NCBI GenBank assembly: GCA_964035575.1
Contig: OZ037833.1
Span: 2,480,001 to 2,544,000 of the forward strand
Length of the DNA: 64,000 nt
Source of the DNA: Rhynchopus sp. YZ270_cl-10
Taxonomy: Eukaryota
Direction: 5' to 3'
The notes below the pieces were generated by a model that saw only the letters and a program-made list of their open reading frames with translations, was not told the origin of the DNA and made no database searches. The position numbers and the translations under genes were made by a program. Of this stretch, positions 1 through 10,790 are shown piece after piece. Each line of letters opens with the position of its first letter. The stretch's first letter is position 1.

Positions 1-1122
1 AAGGTACGTCTGATTGGGCCCGACGAGAAGGTGCCTCTAGGATACAGCAGGTGTGGACGTACCGATAAGGGTGTGTCCTCCTTAGGCCAAGTCTCTGCAA
101 TGATGTTGCGTTCAAACCGTACCCAAGCCGAGCCCAACAAAGCGGAACACGATTTCTGCGGAATTCTCAACCGCGTGCTTCCAGAAGATGTGCGAGTCAT
201 AGGGTGGTCTGATGTTCCCGAGAAGTTTAGTGCTCGGTTTTCGTGCTCAGGGAGGGTGTACAAATACTTCTTTTTGAAAGGGAAAAAGGATCTTGAAGCA
301 ATGCGGGCTGCGGCAGCGAAATTGGTTGGAGAACATGATTTCCGCAACTTCGCGAAGATGGATGTTGTGAATGTATCCAACTTTGTCCGCACCATCCATT
401 CTATGACGGTCACCCCTGCTGCAGAGTCTCTGAGCAACGAGGTTTATGTCATCACCGTGGTGGGGACTGCGTTTCTTTATCATCAGGTTCGGTGCATGGT
501 GGCGGTTCTCTTTGAAATTGCGGATGGAAACGAAACGGCAGATGTTATCACCTCTCTGTTAGATACAAAAACCTGCCCTGGACGCCCCATCTACAACATG
601 GCAAGCGATCTCGGTCTGGTCCTATGGGACTGTCTGTTTCCCTCTATTATTTGGAGTGTCAACCACGATGCGTACACAAAACTTCTCCGCCATTTTGCCG
701 CACAATACGAACTGAACCTCATCACCCCTATGATTCAAGGGCACATCCATGACCATCTTCGTTGCAACGAACCAATGAGGTTTCTTTCGGTAGAAGGCAC
801 CATCATAGGTGAAGAAACAACATACGACACTATCCCAGAAGGAAACACTACAGAGGTAATAAAAAAGCGTGCTACCGGGGGAGAGTACATCCCACTAATG
901 CAGAGAGCGCGAGAAGCAACATACGAAGAGAAAATCAGTGGTCTAGGAGGATCAAAGAAAAGGCGTCATGAAGAAAACAAAGAAAAGGGGAAAAAGCGGA
1001 AGCACGATGACGGTGGTGAGGAGGAGGACCTCAAGGAAGGGGACGACGAGGCGGAGGAGGGTGAAGAGGAGTTTGCACCGCGTGCTGCGCTTTTGCCTCA
1101 ACATATCGCAAAATATGCGTGA
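1..1122 (+). CDS. PUS3: tRNA pseudouridine(38/39) synthase, TruA family (PUS3/Deg1-like), 5' end outside the window
   Basis: Frame is open from base 1 (KVRLIGPDEKVPLGYSRCGRTDKGVS). Catalytic motif CGRTDKGVS, plus LNRVLPEDVRV, FSARFSC..R.YKY, GEHDFRNF, GTAFLYHQVRCMV and PIYNMAS; basic/acidic C-terminal tail. Confidence 0.93.
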   Translation, partial: KVRLIGPDEKVPLGYSRCGRTDKGVSSLGQVSAMMLRSNRTQAEPNKAEHDFCGILNRVLPEDVRVIGWSDVPEKFSARFSCSGRVYKYFFLKGKKDLEAMRAAAAKLVGEHDFRNFAKMDVVNVSNFVRTIHSMTVTPAAESLSNEVYVITVVGTAFLYHQVRCMVAVLFEIADGNETADVITSLLDTKTCPGRPIYNMASDLGLVLWDCLFPSIIWSVNHDAYTKLLRHFAAQYELNLITPMIQGHIHDHLRCNEPMRFLSVEGTIIGEETTYDTIPEGNTTEVIKKRATGGEYIPLMQRAREATYEEKISGLGGSKKRRHEENKEKGKKRKHDDGGEEEDLKEGDDEAEEGEEEFAPRAALLPQHIAKYA

Positions 1123-1572
1123 GATGTTCGAGGCGGTTGTTGTGTTGATTCAAATGCAGCGATTTTATTATCAAAAAAAATTGCCGAAGTCTTTGGGTAT
1201 TTAGGTGGTTGTCGTAAAAGGGGGGGGAGGGGAAGGAGGGAGGGGGGATATAAACGATCGTTACTGCCGCCACCAATCACAATTTCTTGCCCCAAGGTTT
1301 TTTGGTTCCGGTTTATTGCAAAGACAATAGTAAAAATGATCTCTTTTTTTTGTCATTTTCCCCCATTTTACCCCACATTTTCTCAGATCTCATATTACAC
1401 CTTTCTTCCCCACCCCGTCTTTAATCTTTATAACCCTCTTTTTTTGTCCTTTTTTTTTTAAATTTTGTGCTTTCATCCGGGGTTGGCATAGTACTTGGGT
1501 TAGTCAGAGGTGCTTGCTACTTAAAGCTTCTCTTAGACTCTTTTTGGTTCTTTTTTTATTTACACAGAAAAT

Positions 1573-2646
1573 ATGAGCAGAGAGGGTCGTCGTGCCTCAC
1601 GAACCCAGAACTCTCATTCCTCCACAGCACCCTCCACCTCCACCAGCTCCAACTCTGCCTCTTCACACCCTTCCACTTCTGTCCACTCGACCACCACCGC
1701 CACCGATCTTACCAAGCTTACCGCCCAGGAATACCTAGACAAATTCACGGTTACTGCGTATCTCAAGGACGTTACAACATTGCTGTTGGACAATCGCCCC
1801 TCTTGCCCGGCTTCATTTATTGCAGATTACTTCAAGAATGTGGCAGGGGGGACGTCACCTTTGGTACGAAGCTACCGATACATTAAATTAACGGCATTGA
1901 ATCGACAGTCCTTTTGGGATAACCTTGTTGCTGCGTATGCTACTATAGATGATAGGAAAGAAGGGGCAGGGGTGGGGATCACCGGCGCCGATATGAGACG
2001 ACTCATTCACCTCCTTTGCGTCGATTTTCCAACAGAAATTGTGTCTGCGGTGCTAGAAATTCTTGAAAAAACGGAAACCTGTATAGTCCCCTTCAGACAA
2101 TTCGCTGCAGGGATATACAGTTGTCTTATGTATGAACAGTTCTTTGCTGCTTCAGAACGGCTCTTTCTTGAGCTTGACACTGAAGGAAAAGGATATGTTT
2201 GTGTGAACAGTTTGAAGGATGCGTTGTATGCGGCGCTTCATGCGCAGAAGAGGGAGGTGGATCGAGGTGGAGGGGGCCCCACGCAGCAGCATCTGGTGCA
2301 TGTGTATTCCAAGGAGTTTCCGTCCAAGGATGAAGTCGCGCATTTTCTAGCTAGCATCGAAGGGGTGCATGTTACCTTCAAGCAGTTCATGAGGAAGGTC
2401 TTCACCCTGACGGATCCAGTCTCCTCGCAGGACGTAAACAGTGTAGCAGCGAAGGCGAGTGCGGCGAGTAGAGGAACCCCAGCGCCACCGAAGAAGGCAC
2501 CGCAGGTAATGAATGCGCGAATGCCGGCGGCAAGTCCTCTCGGTTCGCATAGTACCCCGCCCTTTAGGGAAGAGAAGGCAGAAGGGGAAGGGGGTGAAAA
2601 GGGTGACGTCTGTGAGAAAGGGGAGGTTGCTGCAGAGGGGGGCTAG
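1573..2646 (+). CDS. Tubulin polyglutamylase complex subunit 1 / CSTPP1-like protein (RIIa-like dimerization domain, EF-hand-like region)
   Basis: EYLDKFTVTAYLKDVTTLLLDNRP...FIADYF is a D/D-type helix pair. FWDNLVAAY, LLCVDFP and VPFRQFAAGIYSCLMYEQF resemble the TPGS1/C11orf49 family (recalled similarity). ATG follows a T-tract + ACACAG. Confidence 0.65.
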   Translation: MSREGRRASRTQNSHSSTAPSTSTSSNSASSHPSTSVHSTTTATDLTKLTAQEYLDKFTVTAYLKDVTTLLLDNRPSCPASFIADYFKNVAGGTSPLVRSYRYIKLTALNRQSFWDNLVAAYATIDDRKEGAGVGITGADMRRLIHLLCVDFPTEIVSAVLEILEKTETCIVPFRQFAAGIYSCLMYEQFFAASERLFLELDTEGKGYVCVNSLKDALYAALHAQKREVDRGGGGPTQQHLVHVYSKEFPSKDEVAHFLASIEGVHVTFKQFMRKVFTLTDPVSSQDVNSVAAKASAASRGTPAPPKKAPQVMNARMPAASPLGSHSTPPFREEKAEGEGGEKGDVCEKGEVAAEGG

Positions 2647-2901
2647 GCTTGTGGTAGTGTGGTTTAGTTTTTTTTAAGAAAAGGTAAACCATGTAGGTTG
2701 CTGTTTAAGGTTAATAAAAAAAAGGATTTCGTGATTTGTCTTTTTTGCGTCTCATCCCTTCCCTGTTTGTACACTTATTACCACAGATTTCCACATTACT
2801 CAAACCATCCTTGTTGTTGCAGCCGTAAAAGCAGCCAAACACAACAGAGGAGAAAACAAAAGACACGACAGAAAAAGCACCGAAGAAAGCAACTAACAAC
2901 C

Positions 2902-4815
2902 ATGGGTCAGTGCTGCTCGAAGGCTGATGAGAACAACAGCCGCCCAAAGCTTGTTGAAGCGAACCAGGCAACAACGGCAGACGAGACCACGAACAACGCT
3001 CCCGACAACACAGCGTCAGTCCCTGCAGACACAAAGGCAGACACAGACGTCGGGGAGAGTGTGGCACAGCCTGTGCAGCAGCCGCGTGCTGCCGACCCCG
3101 TTCCTGTTCCTGTTGCTGCCCCACAGCAGCAGCAGCCTCAGCACGAGGAGGTGGACGAGGCAGAGCTTCGGAAGCAGCTGATGCAGGAGCTCCTGCTGCA
3201 GCAGCAGCAGGAACAGCAGCAGGCAGACAACGATGCCGCAGACTTTGTGTTTGAAGAGAAGGACTACAAGTACACAGGGAGCATGACGCCGACACGTGTG
3301 CGCACAGTGCTCATTGTGGGCGAGACCGGGTCTGGGAAGAGCACCCTTGTGAACGCAATGGCGAACTGGGCTGCAGGTGTGGGCTACAACGACCAAGTGC
3401 GCTACAGGCTGGTCAAGGAGCCCCCGCAGAGCCAGGCCTTCTCGCAGACGCAGACTGTGACGACGTACATGGTGACGTGCGATAAGTACTCGTTCGTGCT
3501 CCGCCTGATCGACACACCCGGGTTTGGCGACACGAGCGGTGTGGAGCGCGACGAGCAGATCACACAGAACATCTACGACACGCTGCAGAAGGAGGACGAG
3601 ATCCACGGGGTGTGCTTTGTGGCGGCGGCGTCGCTGCCACGCCTGACGGTGACGCAGCAGTACATCATCAGCAAGGTGCTCACAATGTTCGGGACAGACG
3701 CTGTGGACAACATCTTCCTGCTGGTGACGTTTGCCGACGGGAAGAAGGCACAGGTGCTGAACGCCATCCAGGCGTCTGGGTTCCCGTACGAGGCGGAGCG
3801 GTGCTTCCACTTCAACAACTCTGCGCTGTTTGCGAAGGGCGAGGACAGGAACGAGTACTCGAAGAACTTCTGGTCGATGGGTGCACAGTCGCTGGACAGG
3901 TTCTTTGAGCTGATGGCACACAAGCAGCCGTTCAGCCTGACACAGACGAAGGACGTGATTGAGACACAGAAGAAGCTGCAGAACTACGTGGTGTCCATCA
4001 CGCCACAGGTGACGATTGGTCTGTCGAAGATGGACAACCTGAAGCAGGTGCTGAAGGACATCAAGGTGAACCGGTCCATGATTGACGAGAACGCAAACTA
4101 CCACTACGAGGAGACCATCCCGAAGGTGGAGAAGAAGGACAAGACGCCCGGCACCTGGAACACACAGTGCCTGAAGTGTGTGTACGACTGTCACCACGAC
4201 TGCGAGAAGGAGGACAAGAAGTACTGCTACGTGTTTGACGACGACAACGAGGGGAAGTGCACAGTGTGCCCTGGCAGCTGCCACTCCTCTGACCACGCGA
4301 ACCTGGACTACTACTTTGAGTGGGGTGTCGAGGTCGTGACGCGTGAGTACGACACGAAGAAGCTTCAGCTTGGAAGTGCCAAGGACGGTCTGTCGCGGTC
4401 GGAGGCGCTGAAGGAGCAGGTGCTGGGAGAGATGCAGGGCGTGTACGACACTGTGCACGGCCTCATGAAGTCCATCCACGACGCACACACGAAGCTGGAC
4501 GAGATTGCGCTGCGCCCCACGAACCTGCAGTTTGTGGACTACGTGAAGCTTCTGATTGAGCAGGAGAAGCTGCACAAGCGTCCTGGCTTTGACGGGCGCA
4601 TTGAGCAGCTGCACCTGATGCTTGACGGGGCGAAGATCCTGAAGGGTGTCGTGGAGAAGGACTACGACCCAATCGGGGACTGGAAGCAGCGTGTGGAGGC
4701 TGAGCTGAAGGAGCTGGATGCGACGTGGGAGGGCCCTTCGGGGCCGCATTCGGCTGTTGTGCCTGTGGAGGAGGGGCAGGATGGTGAGGAGGGTAGTGCC
4801 ACTGCACCAATGTGA
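2902..4815 (+). CDS. N-myristoylated/palmitoylated septin/AIG1-like P-loop GTPase with Cys/His cluster and C-terminal coiled coil
   Basis: True start is probably MGQCCSK at 2902. G1 GETGSGKST, G2 SQT, G3 DTPGFGDT, G4-like TFAD; Cys cluster CLKC..DCHHDC...C...CTVC...CH..H; high GC3. Confidence 0.8.
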   Translation: MGQCCSKADENNSRPKLVEANQATTADETTNNAPDNTASVPADTKADTDVGESVAQPVQQPRAADPVPVPVAAPQQQQPQHEEVDEAELRKQLMQELLLQQQQEQQQADNDAADFVFEEKDYKYTGSMTPTRVRTVLIVGETGSGKSTLVNAMANWAAGVGYNDQVRYRLVKEPPQSQAFSQTQTVTTYMVTCDKYSFVLRLIDTPGFGDTSGVERDEQITQNIYDTLQKEDEIHGVCFVAAASLPRLTVTQQYIISKVLTMFGTDAVDNIFLLVTFADGKKAQVLNAIQASGFPYEAERCFHFNNSALFAKGEDRNEYSKNFWSMGAQSLDRFFELMAHKQPFSLTQTKDVIETQKKLQNYVVSITPQVTIGLSKMDNLKQVLKDIKVNRSMIDENANYHYEETIPKVEKKDKTPGTWNTQCLKCVYDCHHDCEKEDKKYCYVFDDDNEGKCTVCPGSCHSSDHANLDYYFEWGVEVVTREYDTKKLQLGSAKDGLSRSEALKEQVLGEMQGVYDTVHGLMKSIHDAHTKLDEIALRPTNLQFVDYVKLLIEQEKLHKRPGFDGRIEQLHLMLDGAKILKGVVEKDYDPIGDWKQRVEAELKELDATWEGPSGPHSAVVPVEEGQDGEEGSATAPM

Positions 4816-5886
4816 TGAAGGTGGTGTGCATGTGTTGTTCTGTTCTTTCCTCACCACTCACTGTTATGCTTTATTTTCAACTGTCTGCTTCATATTTGTT
4901 TCCAGACGCGTGCAAACTGCCTTCTGCACCCCACCTGCTGATTTTTGTTTTTTTTGTGCTCCCCGAGAGCAGGAAAAGAAAATAAGCTAGTGGTTTGCAA
5001 TTGAGCAAGAACTGTTGTCTGATTACATTTCTGCCATTTTCCCCTGCCTTTTCTCTTCTGGCATTTTTAGTATTTTCTGTCTTCCCTTTTTGTTATCTTA
5101 TGATTTTTTTTGAATATTCGCGTTTCTTTTTTTTCATTTCATATTTCACTTTTGATCCTACTAGGATTCGCCCTACTCTGAAAAGGTTCTCAACCTCAGT
5201 ACTCTGAACCGGTCGCGGCGCTGTTGTACTGTGTGTTTCCCGTATGGAAAAAGATATTCTCTGATCCTGATGGGTATTTTTTCTCTATTGAACCACTCCA
5301 TCCCCACCTTTTAGTTTCCCATCCTCTGTTTTATGTTCTAGATGTGTGTCCATGTGACGCATTCATCTTTTCAGCATATCTTTGTTTTTCTTTTATTGTT
5401 CCACGCACAGAAAAGGATGCAAGAACAGAACAGATTTGTGCAGAACCGATCGCGCAGCATATTATTTGCTGTGTGGTTGTTCTGTTCTTTTGTGTTCGGC
5501 TGTGTTCGTCTTCTGTGTTGTGCTTCTTCAGGATACGCATGAATATGTGTGTCCGTCCATCTGTCTGACTGCCATCCAAACTCTTCACAAAAACAACTCT
5601 TCTGCAAAATAAAGCGCAAACCAATCGCTATAAAGCAGAAAAACAACCTAGAAAACGGGGCGTTCACAATTGACGCCCCGCGTTTTCCAAATCGTTTCCC
5701 AAGACGAAAAAAAAGCAACCCTCATGTACCTCCCCCCTATACTTTAAGCGTCCCGCAGAACACAGTTCTTCATTCCTCGGGTGCCTCTTGGTTGTTGATA
5801 TGTGTCCATTCTGTGACCTTGTTCCCTCCTCAAATACAGTTCACCCACACCGCCACAATCACAACACAGATACTCACTCCTTCACA

Positions 5887-7923
5887 ATGACAACCTCCCT
5901 GACTCTGTTGTGCCTGACGCTGCCTGTGCTGTGCATGGCAACATCGTCACCCGCTACTTCAGCATCTCCCACACCTCTGCCACCACTGCCGCCTTTGCCG
6001 CCAATGGATGCCACCGCAGCACCTGCAACTGGATCAGCTGTGATGCCGACTGCTGCACCTGCAACTGGATCTGCTGTCATTCCCACCGCAGCACCTGCAA
6101 CTGGATCTGCTGTCATTCCGACTGCTGCACCTGCAACTGGATCGGCTGTCATCCCGACTGCTGCACCTGCAACTGGATCAGCTGTGATGCCGACTGCTGC
6201 ACCTGCAACTGGATCTGCTGTCATTCCCACCGCAGCACCTGCCACTGGATCTGGTGTGATTCCCACCGCAGCACCTGCAACTGGATCTGCTGTGATTCCG
6301 ACTGCTGCACCTGCAACTGGATCTGCTGTGATTCCGACTGCTGCACCTGCAACTGGATCGGCTGTCATCCCGACTGCTGCACCTGCAACTGGATCTGCTG
6401 TCATTCCCACCGCAGCACCTGCCACTGGATCTGGTGTGATTCCCACCGCAGCACCTGCAACTGGATCTGCTGTGATTCCGACTGCTGCACCTGCAACTGG
6501 ATCTGCTGTGATTCCGACTGCTGCACCTGCAACTGGATCGGCTGTCATCCCGACTGCTGCACCTGCAACTGGATCTGCTGTCATTCCCACCGCAGCACCT
6601 GCCACTGGATCTGGTGTGATTCCCACCGCAGCACCTGCAACTGGATCTGCTGTGATTCCGACTGCTGCACCTGCAACTGGATCTGCTGTGATTCCGACTG
6701 CTGCACCTGCAACTGGATCGGCTGTCATCCCGACTGCTGCACCTGCAACTGGATCTGCTGTCATTCCCACCGCAGCACCTGCCACTGGATCTGGTGTGAT
6801 TCCCACCGCAGCACCTGCAACTGGATCTGCTGTGATTCCGACTGCTGCACCTGCAACTGGATCTGCTGTCATTCCCACCGCAGCACCTGCAACTGGATCT
6901 GCTGTCATTCCGACTGCTGCACCTGCAACTGGATCGGCTGTCATTCCGACTGCTGCACCTGCAACTGGATCGGCTGTCATCCCGACTGCTGCACCTGCAA
7001 CTGGATCTGCTGTGATTCCCACCGCAGCACCTGCAACTGGATCTGCTGTCATTCCCACCGCAGCACCTGCAACTGGATCTGCTGTGATTCCGACTGCTGC
7101 ACCTGCAACTGGATCGGCTGTCATCCCGACTGCTGCACCTGCAACTGGATCTGCTGTCATTCCGACTGCTGCACCTGCAACTGGATCGGCTGTCATCCCG
7201 ACTGCTGCACCTGCAACTGGATCTGCTGTGATTCCCACCGCAGCACCTGCCACTGGATCTGCTGTGCTTCAGACTGCTGCACCTGCAACTGGATCTGCTG
7301 TCATTCCGACTGCTGCACCTGCAACTGGATCTGCTGTCATTCCGACTGCTGCACCTGCAACTGGATCGGCTGTCATTCCGACTGCTGCACCTGCAACTGG
7401 ATCTGCTGTGCTTCCGACTGCTGCACCTGCAACTGGATCTGCTGTCATTCCGACTGCTGCACCTGCAACTGGATCTGCTGTCATTCCGACTGCTGCACCT
7501 GCAACTGGATCTGCTGTGATTCCCACCGCAGCACCTGCCACTGGATCTGCTGTGCTTCAGACTGCTGCACCTGCAACTGGATCTGCTGTCATTCCGACTG
7601 CTGCACCTGCAACTGGATCTGCTGTCATTCCGACTGCTGCACCTGCAACTGGATCTGCTGTCATTCCCACCGCAGCACCTGCAACTGGATCTGCTGTCAT
7701 TCCCACCGCAGCACCTGCAACTGGATCGGCTGTCATTCCGACTGCTGCACCTGCAACTGGATCTGCTGTGGTCCCGACCTCTGCACCCTCCACCACAGCA
7801 GCCTCCACACCCCTCCCGCCACTACCAACACTGCCGCCGTTGCCCCCTATGGATGACGAGTCTGACGCGAGCGACTCCTCTGCTTCCACCTCCTCTTCAT
7901 CGGATTCCGCCTCAGCATTATGA
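5887..7923 (+). CDS. Secreted mucin-like Thr/Ala/Pro-rich repeat protein
   Basis: ATG at 5887 gives the signal peptide MTTSLTLLCLTLPVLCMA, then about 49 copies of PTAAPATGSAVI between PLPPLPP motifs. No TM or GPI tail. Repeat variation is mostly synonymous in this frame. Confidence 0.85.
   Translation: MTTSLTLLCLTLPVLCMATSSPATSASPTPLPPLPPLPPMDATAAPATGSAVMPTAAPATGSAVIPTAAPATGSAVIPTAAPATGSAVIPTAAPATGSAVMPTAAPATGSAVIPTAAPATGSGVIPTAAPATGSAVIPTAAPATGSAVIPTAAPATGSAVIPTAAPATGSAVIPTAAPATGSGVIPTAAPATGSAVIPTAAPATGSAVIPTAAPATGSAVIPTAAPATGSAVIPTAAPATGSGVIPTAAPATGSAVIPTAAPATGSAVIPTAAPATGSAVIPTAAPATGSAVIPTAAPATGSGVIPTAAPATGSAVIPTAAPATGSAVIPTAAPATGSAVIPTAAPATGSAVIPTAAPATGSAVIPTAAPATGSAVIPTAAPATGSAVIPTAAPATGSAVIPTAAPATGSAVIPTAAPATGSAVIPTAAPATGSAVIPTAAPATGSAVIPTAAPATGSAVLQTAAPATGSAVIPTAAPATGSAVIPTAAPATGSAVIPTAAPATGSAVLPTAAPATGSAVIPTAAPATGSAVIPTAAPATGSAVIPTAAPATGSAVLQTAAPATGSAVIPTAAPATGSAVIPTAAPATGSAVIPTAAPATGSAVIPTAAPATGSAVIPTAAPATGSAVVPTSAPSTTAASTPLPPLPTLPPLPPMDDESDASDSSASTSSSSDSASAL
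6010..7788 (+). repeat. 36-bp coding minisatellite (about 49 units) with 180-bp higher-order structure
   Basis: Unit actgctgcacctgcaactggatctgctgtcattccg; the 60-bp lines starting at 6241, 6421, 6601 and 6781 are identical. Confidence 0.97.
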
Positions 7924-9311
7924 GGAGTGTCTGATACAGCTTGTGAGTAGAGTTGTTCTTATCGTTTAGATGATCTTTTTCTTGTCTTTATTGAGCTCGA
8001 AATATGTCATCTTTCTTTGAGAGGTGGTTTCTGTGTTTCCTGCTTTTTGTTCTTTATTTATTGTCACCTGCGTCTTCACGTACTTTGCTATGCATGGTAA
8101 GTACATAAAGGATGGATGCAGTGTTTTATCGGCTGTCTCGATTGGTCATTGCCCACGCGTCAACTTGATGTTGTCCCCTGGCCCCACCAGTCAGTGCCAC
8201 TTATATATTTCCTTCCTTTCTCGAACTGTTCTTTGACACCACAATTAGACGACATTGACACGAGCGTGAATCACTTATTTTATATCTGTTTCACCGTCTC
8301 TGTCCTCTCTGTAGCGAGGGAAGCTGTGGCCTTGAAGCTGCTGACTTTCCGCATTTTCTGATTTTTATTTTGTTGTGGGTGGCTATTTGTTTTTTTTCTA
8401 CTTTTGTTTCTTGTCCGAGATCTTTTGACATTCTGCGATTCTACGTACGGGAAAAGTTATTTGTTGGAAAGAATGTTCTTCTTTTCCCTTTTCCCTGCTT
8501 TCTTTTGATTGCAGGTACCGATTCCTTTTCCTTTTTTTCCCCTGTGAATCTAGAGATTATTTAGGTACGGTGGACCAGAAACAACACAATAAACATTTAT
8601 CTACCCTACACTATTTTTACTTGACTCCATGCTGTGGAACATTGCAAGCACCAACTGACTGCCTTCAGGTGTCTTGTTGCTGTTCCTCTGGTGTGGTGTC
8701 ATGCTGACCACCTCCGTCTTATCTTTTTTCATGTTTTCCCCCTCCGCTAAATGAACACCACTTGATGTTGATCACTGTATTTTTTTTGTTCATCGTTTTT
8801 GTTTATCTTTGCGCTGCCCTCCAGGTGTTGTCGAACACCTGCGGCAACTTGAATCAAACATGACCCCTCCCCTTATTTTGATATGTCTCCACAGTTGCGA
8901 CTGTCAACCCTAGCATTGTGGATGTTGCGTGCACACGAGGCACGTTTCATCGTACTAGCATTCTTTTTGTTGTTTCCCTTTGCCTTTTCTCTCTCTTAAT
9001 ATTCTTCACATCTGCAACACATGAGATCTTTTTCCCTTTTGCTTTCTTCACAGATTTCTCTTTTGCAATGTACAAACGAACCTCCCCTTTCGGCCCAGTC
9101 GTTTCTTGTTGTTATCAAGTTATAAAAAGCAAGCGGAGTTTGGTCTTCACAGTATACGAATGTCTGGCAGCAATAAAGACGCCATGAGAGACTCTTTTTT
9201 GGGGCACTTTGCACTCCCTCCTTCGCACCACGATATGAGAGCTTCGTCCGTGACCACATGGGTTACACTGTCACTCCCAATCATCACAACACAGATACTC
9301 AATCCTTCACA

Positions 9312-10232
9312 ATGACAACCTCCCTGACTCTGTTGTGCCTGACGCTGCCTGTGATGTGCATGGCAACATCGTCACCCGCTACTTCAGCATCTCCCACACC
9401 TCTGCCACCACTGCCGCCTTTGCCGCCAATGGATGCCACCTCTGACTCGGGTGACGCGAGTGCATCGTATTCCTCTTCAGGTTCGAGTGATGTGTCTGAC
9501 TCGACACCTCAGGGAGACTATGTCACTGCTGGCACCACAGTGCCGGCAACTGGATCTGCTGTGATTCACACTGCAGTTCCTGCGACGAGAGCGACTGACA
9601 TTGCATCATCTGGGACTGCCTCGCCTGTTGTTCCCACTGCAGCACCTGCCACTGGATCTGCTGTGCTTCCGACTGTTGCACCTGCAACTGGATCTGCTGT
9701 GATTCACACTGTAGTTCCTGCGACGAGAGCGACTGACACTGCATCATCTGGGACTGCCTCGCCTGTTGTTCCCACTGCAGCACCTGCAACTGGATCTGCT
9801 GTGCTTCCGACTGCTGCACCTGCAACTGGATCTGCTGTGCTTCCGACTGCTGCACCTGCCACTGGATCTGCTGTGATTCACACTGTAGTTCCTGCGACGA
9901 GAGCGGCTGACATTACATCATCTGGGACTGCCTCGCCTGTTGTTCCCACTGCAGCACCTGCAACTGAATCTGCTGTGCTTCCGACTGTTGCACCTGCATC
10001 TGGATCTGCTGTCATTCCCACCACAGTGCCCGCAACTGGTGTAGCAACTGTGCCGACCTTTGCACCTGCCACCGTCCCAGTGCCCAGCTATGCACCATCA
10101 ACCGTAGTGGACTCCACACCCCTCCCGCCACTGCCAACACTGCCGCCGTTGCCCCCTATGGATGACGAGTCTGATGTGAGCGACCCTTCTTCATCTGCTT
10201 CTTCTTCATCGGATTCCTCCGCAGCCCAATAA
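9312..10232 (+). CDS. Secreted mucin-like protein, shorter paralog of 5887..7923
   Basis: Near-identical signal peptide and PLPPLPPMD motifs at both ends; repeats PTAAPATGSAVL and HTVVPATRATDIASSGTASPVV. Confidence 0.85.
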   Translation: MTTSLTLLCLTLPVMCMATSSPATSASPTPLPPLPPLPPMDATSDSGDASASYSSSGSSDVSDSTPQGDYVTAGTTVPATGSAVIHTAVPATRATDIASSGTASPVVPTAAPATGSAVLPTVAPATGSAVIHTVVPATRATDTASSGTASPVVPTAAPATGSAVLPTAAPATGSAVLPTAAPATGSAVIHTVVPATRAADITSSGTASPVVPTAAPATESAVLPTVAPASGSAVIPTTVPATGVATVPTFAPATVPVPSYAPSTVVDSTPLPPLPTLPPLPPMDDESDVSDPSSSASSSSDSSAAQ

Positions 10233-10759
10233 GGAGTCTCATTCGGGTTGTGCGCAGAGTTGTTCTTATGTGCTTTCTTGGAAAAAATATTCAGATGTTA
10301 TTTTTCTTGTCTTTATTGAGCTCGGACGATGTTTTCTATCTTTGAAAGGTCGTTTCTGTGTTTCCTGCTTTTTTGTCGTTCAAATACTGTCACCTGCGTC
10401 TTGACGTACTTTGCTCTTGATGCAGAGTACATGATGGATGCAGTGTTTTATCGGCTGTCTCGATTGGTCATTGCCCACGCGTCAACTTGATGTTGTCCCC
10501 TGGCCCCACCAATCAGAGCCACTTATATATTTCCTTCCTTTTTAGAATTGTTCTTGATTCGCTACAAATTGGACGACTTTGACACAAGCGTGAACCACTT
10601 ATGTTTTTATCTGTTTCACCGTCTCTGTCCTCTCTGTAGCGAGGGACGCTGCCGCGAAGCTGCTGCCTCTTCTCCAAACTTTTCTAAATTTATTTTGTTT
10701 ACCTTTTTAAGCGTCGCCTAATTTTCAAGGCGATTAACGGTGAACCTTTTATTGATTTA

Positions 10760-10790
10760 GGTGACTAAGCACGAGAGGCTTAGGTTCATC
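10760..10790 (+). repeat. Dispersed hairpin family A: GRTGACTAA-N8-13-AGGTTCATC
   Basis: Copies at 10760-10790, 13114-13144, 35247-35272 and 35970-36000, all in the same orientation. Confidence 0.75.

Noticed and set aside
3016..4857. 613-aa antisense ORF, and similar long minus-strand ORFs over the dynein, TGase and array genes
   Set aside because: Expected shadow ORFs of high-GC3 coding sequence; Leu/Val/His-rich with no recognisable motifs.
6010..7788. 36-bp periodicity suggestive of a CRISPR array
   Set aside because: Contiguous repeats with no unique spacers, coding, eukaryotic context and no cas genes.
5910..7856. 648-aa Cys/His/Trp-rich ORF (DCCTCNWICCHS repeats) resembling a metallothionein
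   Set aside because: Alternative frame of the 36-bp repeat with no ATG. Variation is mostly synonymous in the mucin frame, which also has a signal peptide and a paralog.
5874..7889. Antisense AGAAVGMTADPV repeat ORFs
   Set aside because: Mirror of the stop-poor repeat; broken by stops at the VLQT variants.
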